Assembly (NCBI GenBank): GCA_051362555.1
Contig: CM120643.1
Coordinates: forward strand, 12,312,644-12,376,643
Reading direction: 5' to 3'
Origin: Lingula anatina
Lineage: Eukaryota > Animalia > Brachiopoda
DNA: 64,000 nt
The notes beneath the pieces were generated by a model that saw only the letters and a program-made list of their open reading frames with translations, made no database searches and was not told the origin of the DNA. Positions 53,212 to 64,000 of this stretch are shown in pieces (position 1 is the first letter of the stretch; each line of letters begins with the position of its first letter). The position numbers and the translations under genes are program-made.

Positions 53212-56200
53212 GTGTGTGTGAAATGGAATAAAGACAATGGGAAACACGATAAGTCGTTTCAGTTTTTTGGGGACACAGATAACGGCTTCACGTAGACATA
53301 TGAGCGAGCGCGAGCAGATGAGATTGTTAAAATCGGTTTGCCCGTGTTTGAGCGTTTGCCCCCAGACATACGCGTCTCAGCGTGCGCGCAAGCTCAGTAT
53401 GCGTGTGCAATATTTGTGTGCATGTGCGTGATGAAAAATTGAACCAATTCAAACTGTTGCTTTATTATGTACGAGTGTAAATTAAAGTGAAAGCTTAAGC
53501 AGGTGTTTTTTGTGCCAAATAAGCAAATGGCGTTCATTAGTTAACTAAAATATCTCTTATCCAATAAATTTAAACATAATAATAGTAGGCCTAATACAAA
53601 CATCAAGATACCAGATCACGCAAGGAAAGGTGGTAATTGTTGAGAAACGGCAAAAAAATTAGTTTTGGAAGAGAACGCCTATTTTCAGCCAGCAAAATAT
53701 TCATATAATCTTTTACACACTTAATTGCCATCGTAGCAATTAACGAGCACATTGTTAGCATATAGTTATAACTTCTAACACGACGGGAACCGTGCTATAT
53801 AGAAACGTGCGTATAATGGTTTATGAAGTGATCGTTACGGAATTGGAAATTTGTGATTTCCAATATAGCACATCCCATAGATCATACCAAATGTCTGATC
53901 ATCACACAAAGATGATTAATGGGGAGTGATTTATACTTACAACCGGTTTATTGGTCATAAAGTATTCAAGGAGGGACCACTGCACGACTGTGAAAGATTA
54001 TGCAGCGTATTTATGCATCTATTTCAATGTTTGCACGATTTCCGCGATCAGCCAATAACTTTCCAAACTTTCAGAAACCATGTAGGCCTATATTGTACAT
54101 GTGGACCCTATTATCGTTACCAAGGAAAGATGTCGTTTGAGCGGGGAATGAAATTGTTATTAACTAGATATGCACTGGAGAACCGGGTTTTAGCATGTAC
54201 AATATCATTTGTTTCAATTCCGTCTCGTAACGTTTCTCGTCGATCTTCTTGTAGCTTTTCCTCTGCGAGAGGAAAACGGAGAAAATGGCGGTTATCCCCC
54301 GACAAAACGCTTTCCTCTCGTTCCTTCGTCGTCTCATTCATTGGCCTTTCAAAAGTTAATCACAAGAGGTAGCTATCGACATTTCTTGGTCGGAATCCGG
54401 GAAGGAGGTAATGGAAGACGCGCTGTAGCGTTTGAACATGCTTGATGTTTACCCAACAATCCATTTTCATGCCGGAAAGTGCTTCCGAAGCAGACGACGC
54501 CGGAAACCGTTGCCATGGCGACACCGATCAATACCACTCCGATCCTTTCAAAAACAATGGGTGGCGGTTTGATCTCTTTTGTCGAAACGTTGTGAATTAA
54601 GCTTATTTTTCGCTCTAATGGTTTCTGAGAAAAAGCTTTTTGCGTCGTGTCTCGTTCTCTCTCTTTCTCTCTCTTGCCAACAGTACCCCCCTTTTTGAAT
54701 TTGCTGCTTTTACGACATACCCATTATCAGTCCCAGTCCTGCGTATCGACCGCAAGACCCTCTCACCGCAAGAAAAAGCAACCCTTTCAACGAAAGTACC
54801 TTCTTCACGACACAACAGGTTTCCGTGATACAGTTAGACCGAATGATCTCAAATCTGACAAGATTGCACTTAAAAACACTTTTGTGAAATCTGTGCGAAC
54901 ATCCTAATTACTGAGTGATCGAAAAGTGACTTGAGGGATGCACACAGAGCGTGAGAAGAAAATATCAGGTGTTCCAAGGTTGAAATACGGACATAAAGCC
55001 AAAACCGGGCTGGGTATCAACATATAGCCTCAAGGCTGACTAAACAACTCATTTGTTAATACACAAAATAATTACAAATTAATACACAAATTAAGGCGAC
55101 GGCATACATTATGATAAATTCTCCAATCTTTTTTTCCCTTTTGTTTTGCAATAACTTACAGCAATGTCGTAAAATGTCTCGCATCCTTTTAAGCAATGAA
55201 ATGGCTACCCCCTCCTCAAATATTGCTTTTTTTGGGAGTGGAAATACAGAAAAGCGTAGAGATGTTTACACGGCTTACGCTGAGAAAAGAAAGAAATCTT
55301 ATGAAATCGTAGGCCTATATTGGCTGGGTAATTTGAGTTTAGAACTTGGTTGTTATATACATATATAGTAAGAACGGAGGATTTGCGAAAGATGCCAGCG
55401 GCTAGATTTTCGCAAACGCGTATTTATATTTAAAATGACAGAAAAAAATTCGATTGACTGAATGACGTTGTTTGGGATTTGTTTGGAGGCCGTTTTATAA
55501 ATATTTCAATGTTGCTTCAAGTCATGCATTCTATGATAAAAAGTAGCCTGAAGATGTCGATACTACATTACGTCCATAAAGCTACGGAAATGATGCGACT
55601 CGATCTTTACAACGATTTGCACAAATATAACATAAAAAAAATTAGTCAATTTTTATCATGGCCTATTTTACCTCCATTCACTTAATAAACAAAAGGGTTT
55701 TATTTTCTAACGTTAGTCCTTTCACCTAACTTACCATGTTGTTCTCAACTAATTACAGCATTGATCAAGACGAAAAATTGATGTACTCTTGTAAAATCAG
55801 GAAAACTGTTTTCCTTCCTTCCTAGTGAATAAAGTGTCCACACCAAGAATTCCTTCGGAAATTGCGTTCCTGTTTGTAAAGTGATAATTGTTTTCGTACA
55901 GACATAGAATTGTCCGGGACAGAGATCAGTTTTGCTAGAAAAGTGCACAGTAAATATATAAGGTGAATCTGCCAAAATTGAAAAAGAAAAAAAAAAGAAA
56001 AAACGATGGCAGAAATAATGTACATAACATGCCAGAAAGAAAAATAACAAGAAATATAATTCGAAAAGATTTTTTGGAAAATCTCTTGTTATTTTACTTT
56101 CTGAAATCACATCCTACTTTTACTAGCAAGGTTTACTATATTTGCTAAATTCTGTACTTTTTATTCGTTGATGAATATTTTAAAACATGCATGTGAAAAT

Positions 56201-59200
56201 GTGAAAAAAAATATTGGTTAATAAAAAGATGGATTAAAGAAAAATACAAAATAGGTACAATTATGAGATAATTACCACAGTGTTCTTAGTTATAATGATA
56301 AAACCTGTCATTTTTATACTATTATTTATATTTTTTGCCAAGTTTTTATAAAGAGGACTAATGAACCATATTTAAGTAAATAAAATCATACTCTCTTTCT
56401 GGGGAATAAAACACAATGCGAGAACACATCCTAGCCACGCGGTTGTGACAAATGACGCGATTAGTCACAATCAGAGATGGTTGCAGTAGGTGAGACACCT
56501 CACAGCAAACGCAATGGCTTTGAGCCTAGTATTGAGGCATATTTCACGTTTCGTCTGTGTTCACAGACAAAGAATCAGGGCCACATTTTTGTGTTTCATG
56601 CACTAAGTACGCATAGTGTGCACAAAAAAGCATTTTATTTTTGAAACCAGTTTCGATACGGTCAAGGGGAAGTGTTCCAGAGCTAGGAAATTTAACAGCA
56701 AAAAAATATTTTAAATGAGTGATCGACATCGTGAGTTGTTCCATGTATTTAGATAATACCAGAAATTGCCTACATAAGGTTAAAAATGCTCAACTTTACC
56801 GCTTAACCTTACCGCGTAGCAGCATAAATTCTGACACAAATTCTCTAGCAATGCGTTGAGTTGGCAAGCATTCAAATCGATTTGCAACTGAGGCCCACTT
56901 CATGTTGCGAAACAGATTTTTAAACTGATTTGCACAATAAGTCCGTGTACTGAACACAGTCATCAATTAGCATCATTTTTTTTTTTTTTTTGAAGAACAA
57001 TTTTTTTTCTTGAGTAGAGAAAATAATTTAAACAATCGAGCATATAAAAAGTCTGTCATTCGAGCTGAAATGAGTTTATAGCAAAAGTAAACGTGACAAA
57101 GCTAAAGGGGTTTAGAATTATGTTCGTTGAACACAATATAAATTTGATCATTAATTGGAAAATGTGAAAAACGAAAGAAAGTAAAAAGGCAGAAAGAAAG
57201 AAAGAAAGAAAAAAGGAAAAAAGAAAGAAAAAGATAAATTAATCCATCATTATGCTGATCAGCCTTGGTTCAAAATCAGACACACCATATTGTCATTTTT
57301 TTTTAAACAAAATAAAAGAGAACGACTTTTTCACCGTCTGTGCACGAAGGGGCCCAACATGTCTCCGTCGTGAAAGCTAAGTACACAAGATCTCACCGGA
57401 ACGCATTGTTATATATTATCTACTTCTTATCACACTTTTTGCGTTTCCTTTTTCAACTTGACAGGGAAACGATACGGCCGTGCCAACTTCCGCGGCATTT
57501 CCTTCGAGCAACACCGAAGAACAAATATTAGTTCTTCCCAAAACCAACGAACAAGTTGCTGAAAAACAAATTGCCAAACTGAAGGTCGTTGCCTTTCTGC
57601 ACCGAGTCTAATGGTGTCAATATTTGCAATGGTTTGTTTTGGGGGCGGGGGAGAACGCGGCAGAGGCATGGCTGCGATCTAGATTCTGTTTTGTTTGCCG
57701 TAATTACGTGTAATATTAGGGATCAATCAATATTTAACGACATTTGGGAACTCTTTAAGTGTTGACAGACTGGCTTTTCACACGAATTGCCTCCCTCAGC
57801 CGTAACATGGATACAGCGAGGGGTGCTGGGGCGCGAAAATCGACTTCGGTGTCGCTCAATGCCGTTTTAACTATAGCCGTTCTTAAAATACACCCAGGTA
57901 GTTCAGAAAGAAAGTTTCTTTGGAAATATAATTTCTGGTTTGCCATTAGGAGGGTATGAATCCCCCTCAATTGACACTCCCCCATCCGCTCATTCTGATA
58001 ACTTAACTGAGGATATACGGTGAGTTAGTCTAAATACGTTTATAGTCAAAACGGTCCTGAGCGTCACCCTAGCCTTCTCAATGATGACAGTGTCAACCGT
58101 CTACCGCTGTGTGTCAACAAGCCTTCTCCAGAAGTGAAAACTTTCGCACTAATGGATGGCAATCCTTTCTATACAAACTGACCATTCATTGTGTACACAG
58201 GAAGGAAAAGCCTTGACTTTGGTCACTTTTAACTCCGTCCCCAGGCCTATTGAGGGCTAAATCCGCTGATTGTCCACAGCGAACGCTTGCGTTGGTCAGA
58301 ATATTCTGGCATCTCTGATACAAACGCCCAACAGCCGAAGGCGATAAAAACAACAAGTTATCAATATATTGTTCATTTCATTTGGAGATTTAAAATGGCC
58401 CGGAGAGAAAAGAAAGGAAAAACGTTATAAAAATTAAAACCCTGTCATACCGTATCCTTCCACAGGTTTTATATAGGGAAAAACTTTTTCTTGCAGAAAG
58501 AGAGTACTAGAGCAAGTGATTCAATGAACATGTAGTTTGTGTTGAAAATATGTGTACTACGAATAGATAATTCGAAAAAGAATTTTAATGAATTTTGATT
58601 GAATTAAACTTTGATTGATTTAAAACATATTTCACGCATCCACCTACCAAATACGCAACTTGCCTTACGCACCAAAATATCTTAAGTATTTTTTTTAAAA
58701 GTTAACGCCGTTTAACTTTTTGAACTCATCCTTAAATAAAGCTACTCATTGCGTCTTCTAATGAGATTGTGCCTCATGCTCGTAGATCAGCTCGTTGATA
58801 CAAGCGGGTCTCTAATAAACACCCCACACAGACTGCGTTACCTATGTAACACCCACCTGTTATAATGTCAATCTCTCAGTCGTTCACTTAAAGGTTACAC
58901 GTTTGCAAATATTAACAAAACTACGCTAGAAGAAGGATTGGAAAGAATTGCACCTTTATTATTTCCCCAAAAATGCATCGCAAACAAGCGTGCTTTTGGC
59001 GTCCCAGAATTTTTAGTTCACTGTTTGGTTCCAGGTTTAGGGAGGGCCGAAATAATCAAATGGCAGGTAGCAGTTTATCGTTAAAGTATTTCAATATTTA
59101 CTTGGGTTGAAAGTGTTTGAAAGGTTGCGTAAACTGCCTAGAGGGAAGGAGGACTTAACTGCAACGTAACACTGGCGAATGCGTCACGAATTTGACCGAA

Positions 59201-60381
59201 TAGCCCCAGTTTTTCATCAAGCGTGTGTTGGGGAACAGTGCTGGACAATGCTCGCTATAAAACTATCATTTGTTTTGAAAATGTGTTTTAAAATGAAGGT
59301 TAAACTGCGAATAGGTGTCATTTCCCATAGAAGTTTAGTCAGAATCGGTTGAAACTTTGTATTTATTTAAAATTTGCTAAAATAGACCTACTTTCTCAAT
59401 TGTTCAACGTCGTAGAAAACCATGCAATGTATCACTGCATTAACCCTACTGGTATTAGGATATCTACATTTCTTTTCGAAGCACAATGCGGTAGCTTCCA
59501 TTAAATGAGTTTAATAACAAATATTTATAGAGAACAATGATTTTCCTTTAAAAATCTTTAAAACCATACACATCTAAATTAAGTTTGACCAACTGTGATA
59601 CATGTATTTACTAGTAAACTTCGTTAATGCATTATTTTATTGCAGTGTGAAAAGTATTGTGCAGCTTTCACCGGTTATTTATTATAATTTTAACAGTTAT
59701 ACTCACACATGTTTTATACTACACCTCGGAAAGCACAATTGAAATTAAACGAAGCTACAAAAATTGTTTTTGAAGTTTTAAAAGTCAGTCACTTTCCCAA
59801 GCATTTCACCGCATGACACAGTTTTTTTTAGTTTTGGTGGCATTAAAAAGAAAAACTGTAGAATTATCACGGCATAAATAACAAACCAACCAGACATAAT
59901 ATCATGTTATAATGACTAAGTAATAGAATTAGTTCCAAAGGTCATGGTGTATACGGAGTATTAAAATAAAAGTATCTTTGGCTGTGCCAGTAGTGCCAGA
60001 GTTGTCGTATTCATCAGTATTCTCCACGTTGTTGCAATATATTCAAATTCCCTTTGCCTTCGTGGGTCTGTCTAATTTTAGCGACAAGATGAACGATGAA
60101 CCAACTCAGTTTGATTGTTTCATTATAAAATGTGTAGTTTAAAAATAATTTGATAAATGGTATTTATCTACCATAACAAAATTTTCCTTTAGAGTTCGTT
60201 TATTTTTCTTAGAATTACCAGTATCATTTCATTGTGCCTAGAGAAAACTATCAATCAAACTCAATGAAACCAACAAGCAACTTCTGTTAGTGAGCTCGGT
60301 ATGTACATGTATATAATTTCAAGAGGAGATCTCATATGATTTATACAATAAGCTTGCCATCACAGTGAATTACCGTTCATA

Positions 60382-60596
60382 GACCCCATTTCCAGAGATT
60401 AGATCGATCTACTTTAGATCGACCTAACTTCCTGGGGGTTCACGCTAAATAGCTGTCAGCCGAGCGGACACGAAAGTTAATTACCCCCTTACAGCTGGTA
60501 GTAGGCAGGACGGACATTTAAGCCGGATTATCTGACAGTAATCTAGTGAGACTCCCCGCGGGGATAGATCGATCTAAAAGCTCTGGGAATACAGCC
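60382..60596. mobile_element. Harbinger-like MITE with imperfect TIRs containing the palindrome TAGATCGATCTA
   Basis: GACCCCATTTCCAGAGATTAGATCGATCTA ... TAGATCGATCTAAAAGCTCTGGGAATACAGCC; ATA on both flanks. Confidence 0.6.
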
Positions 60597-62674
60597 ATAG
60601 ACATTAGTGAGTTGAGTGACCGCCAAGTCAACTGACTACGAATACAAACAAATTAAAGAATTAAGACAACGTGAATAAAATGTATGCAAATAAAGACATT
60701 GATACCCCCCCTGTAAACTGCTTTTAGTAAACAACTGCTGGGGGATCTACATATATATATAATACTTTGGTAACTGTCATAAAAAAAGTTGACGAAGATA
60801 ATTTAACTTTTAAAAGCAAATCACTGGGATGGAACGATGCCTTGGTTGTGTCTCGCTCCGCTTAATTAATTTTTTTTTTTGGGGGGGGGGATGAGAAGGG
60901 GACCTCCGAAATAATGGAAGTACTGTGCCAACCCACCATTAGAAAAGTTCTATCAAATAGTAATGTTGACATGTGCGCAAATACATGGCATAACTTAAAG
61001 TTGACACTGACAAAAAAGGCAAATTTGAAAATGAAACCAAAAAAGATTCTGAGGCTGGGTTCTGCGTTGCTTTCACAAATATGATGTATTAAGGACTTAA
61101 TTAGATACAGAAAGTTAATCAACCAGACTCGTGAGGGAACCGGCTGCTCAAGACCTTGAACGAAATAACCTGAATTATTGAGATAGGCTACATTTTACAT
61201 ACAACAATTATCCCGTTAGTGTTTGTATTAACTAATTTTGGTTAGAAACTTGAAGTATTTTACAGCATCGTAATGTTCTAATAATGTGAAGGCCGAATTG
61301 GCAACAAAAATCTGTTTTTTTTCATAAGTTTTAATTGGTCACTCTGTATTTATTTCTTTTTCAATAAATAAATAAATAAATAAAAATGAAGAAACAATAT
61401 GCTGGATATGTGCGAATGATAAAAACGTTTTTTATCCAAAGATTTTACTCAGGTATATGGAACATTTGAAACTCCCTTCGGCTCACACATGGTGCATGTA
61501 CATGGTGTGACATATATAAGAACCTATAGGGACATTGTGGGGTGTATGATTGTGACGTCACTTTACGCAAGAACAAATGTATATTACAACAAACAATTAT
61601 GTACAAAGTCTGATGAGACTATAAATTTCAAATTACATTCCTAGATTTATAGACAGACTAATACATTTATATGTTTTTACAAGCTGTACATCATGGCGTA
61701 ATGAAAACAATTAAGGCCAATGATTCTCTACTAAATAGTATAATTCTAATTCTAAATATAACAAATAGTAAATAATACAAATATCAATTGAGTTTTTGAC
61801 TCAGAAGTATTACCAACTTTTCAAACCCAAACGGCAATAATTTACAAAAATTACAAAAATACCACATTCATGTATCTTGGACACTGACAGTACTAGTAGC
61901 GAATGTCTTCGTTTCTCGCAAGCAAAACTGTGACGCATAGATAGGTAGATAGATATGTGTGAGCTTCTGACAACATTTTCCGAATGGCTGATTTCTTAAA
62001 GAAACCGCATCGATTGCCATGCTTTGAACTGTAACACGACACCCACGTTATCGCAGAAAAACAAATACTAATTACACCCCGTCCCAAGATACAGTTCTTA
62101 CCATAACATAAATGACACAAATTATATATATATACTGAAGAATATGGCACAAAAATAGTCTACTTAATTGAACATTCGATTGTCAGATTAATATCATTTA
62201 CAGAGATCATCAACGAACACTGATCACCTGAGATGATGGTTTCAGAATCTTTTTATCTTTTTCTTTCTTTACTTAGTCATTGAAAAGAGATAACGATGTA
62301 TAGTACACTTAATCAAAGACACACCTCGATAATTTAAGTTTTTCTTTGGAAATGTCAATGAAAGTGTATCTAGTTTCCTTTGACCTGTGATGTATAAGCC
62401 TTCACGGTTTTATAAATCTCCTTTTGGGCTTTTAGCCACATAGCTCAAACCTAACCCGGAATTTATACACTATTTCGTAATACATCTACTCAAGCTATTG
62501 TGACATTACCAAAAAAATGGCTTGAATTATACAACGCTGATTATTTTCTTAAACAATCAATAAGTATAACAAAAAAGGAATACCGAAATTTGTGCTGTTA
62601 TTTCAAAGAACAAATGCTGAAGTCGATTCCTGATATTAGTCAGTAAGATTGGCGGTTTACCAAAGCAGTTCTAG

Positions 62675-63210
62675 TTATGGGTAATAGGACCCTAAATGTG
62701 ATGGAGTCACATGACTGTGGTGATGCGTCATCGCGTGATTGGAGATATTAGGATAGAGATTGGCGGCGCTAGGAGCGGACCAATAGGAACCCGCGCCGGC
62801 GAAGAACCCGGACGTATTGGATGAAATCGGCGCATGAGCGTTCATGAAATTAAGTTTTGAGTTGGCATGGTGATAGCTCGACATAAACAGGTCTTGCTGA
62901 TATTTATATGTGGCGGGATCAGCAGCTGGCTGCATAGCTTGAGCTAACCCAGCAAAATCGAACTTGTACGCGTAACGTTTCCCGTGGACTTTCGTCATGA
63001 TGTTCTTGTCGTAGTAGTAGCGTAGAGCTCGGCTCAGCTTGTCGTAGTTCATGTTTGGTTTGCTCTTGCGTTCTCCCCAGCGTCTAGCCACCTCGTCGGG
63101 ATCCACGAGTTTGAATTCCCCGTTGGTGCCCTCCCACGTGATGCAGTTTGCGTTTCCGCTGTCCGACAGCAGCTCTAGGAGGAACTGCCATAACTGGATC
63201 TGGCCACTTC
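62675..63210 (-). CDS. ERG: ERG/FLI1-subfamily ETS factor, paralog B, terminal exon (upstream exons lie beyond the window)
   Basis: On - strand: ttttag|GA AGT GGC CAG ATC; [67 protein letters not shown]...[10 protein letters not shown]. Confidence 0.97.
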
Positions 63211-63516
63211 CTAAAATGGAACAAGATGGTTTATTAAATCTAATGTTATATTTTCATTAATGTTAATGGCTATTTCATGTAATTAAGTGCGGCATACTTG
63301 TATAAATGTCCGTCTAAGAATTTTTCGCATCAATCTGAGTTTTGAAATGGAGAAATCCAGAAAAGCAAAATGCCCCAACTCTACTTTTTCCCTGCACTGT
63401 AGGTAATGGCCACAAAATCTTAGACGCTTTCTTGTCAGTTTATTATATCTATGGTAAATAATATAGATATACTGATATGATAGGCCTATAATCGAACCAC
63501 GATTTATTTATTTATT

Positions 63517-63549
<33 letters not shown>

Positions 63550-64000
63550 GTTGTTGTTGTTGTTGTTGTTGCTGAGATGCTCATTTCAGAGAAGATCAAT
63601 CAGTTATTTGATTTAAATATATGACAAGCATAAATACTTGTGCTGAAATGAAAAAAAAATAAAACCGTGCATACGTTCATGCAGGTGCCTGCTTGGATGG
63701 GAACGGTAAATTTACAGAAAAAAATAATAACAAGTAGCCCGCTCTTGCCCAAGCGCACACAGGCGCGAATGCACGTTCAGGTTTCAGAAAACTCACCGGA
63801 AGTAGAGAGGCGGCTAGACATAGGCCCAAAAAGCTGGTAAGGGTCTGAAAAAAAAAAAGAAAAGCATTTTGTTAATTATGTATAAATTTCACAAAAACAA
63901 TAACTGGTCGCCTAAAGTCCCTGCACCAAAATATATTTTATCAGCAGAATTTTGAACGTGTTCCGATTCCAAGGTGCAGGTGAAGGTACCTTTGGTGAAA

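Noticed and set aside
53926-54907. Overlapping ORFs up to 148 aa in the spacer
   Set aside because: No recognisable homology; consistent with chance ORFs in locally GC-richer DNA.
43143-63210. The two ETS exons as an assembly duplicate of one gene
   Set aside because: Synonymous divergence, tail indels and unrelated introns and UTRs show they are distinct paralogs.

Overview
AT-rich, intron-containing animal genomic DNA; an invertebrate bilaterian, possibly a lophotrochozoan, is my inference from the repeat types and gene content. I see no prokaryotic systems. Three protein-coding genes can be assembled by hand. (1) A 5'-truncated NRF-6/OACYL-like membrane O-acyltransferase (NRF domain + acyltransferase-3 domain) on +, 15 phase-consistent exons from <=2 to 11120. 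(2) An apparently complete, 277-aa, PNT-less ERG/FLI1-subfamily ETS factor on + (5 coding exons, 32052-43669). (3) The terminal ETS exon of a second ERG/FLI1-subfamily paralog on - (63210-62675), tail-to-tail with the first across about 19 kb. The most striking signal is that the two inverted ETS exons are heavily diverged at synonymous sites in their first third but nearly identical (2 differences in 150 nt) over the DNA-recognition helix and wing. This suggests gene conversion, and the tract could also act as an inversion substrate that swaps the C-terminal tails. The rest is MITEs, a duplicated Helentron/HINE-like element, mini- and microsatellites and candidate enhancers. Nearly all other ORFs in the track are spurious. 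Coordinates and counts were made by eye.
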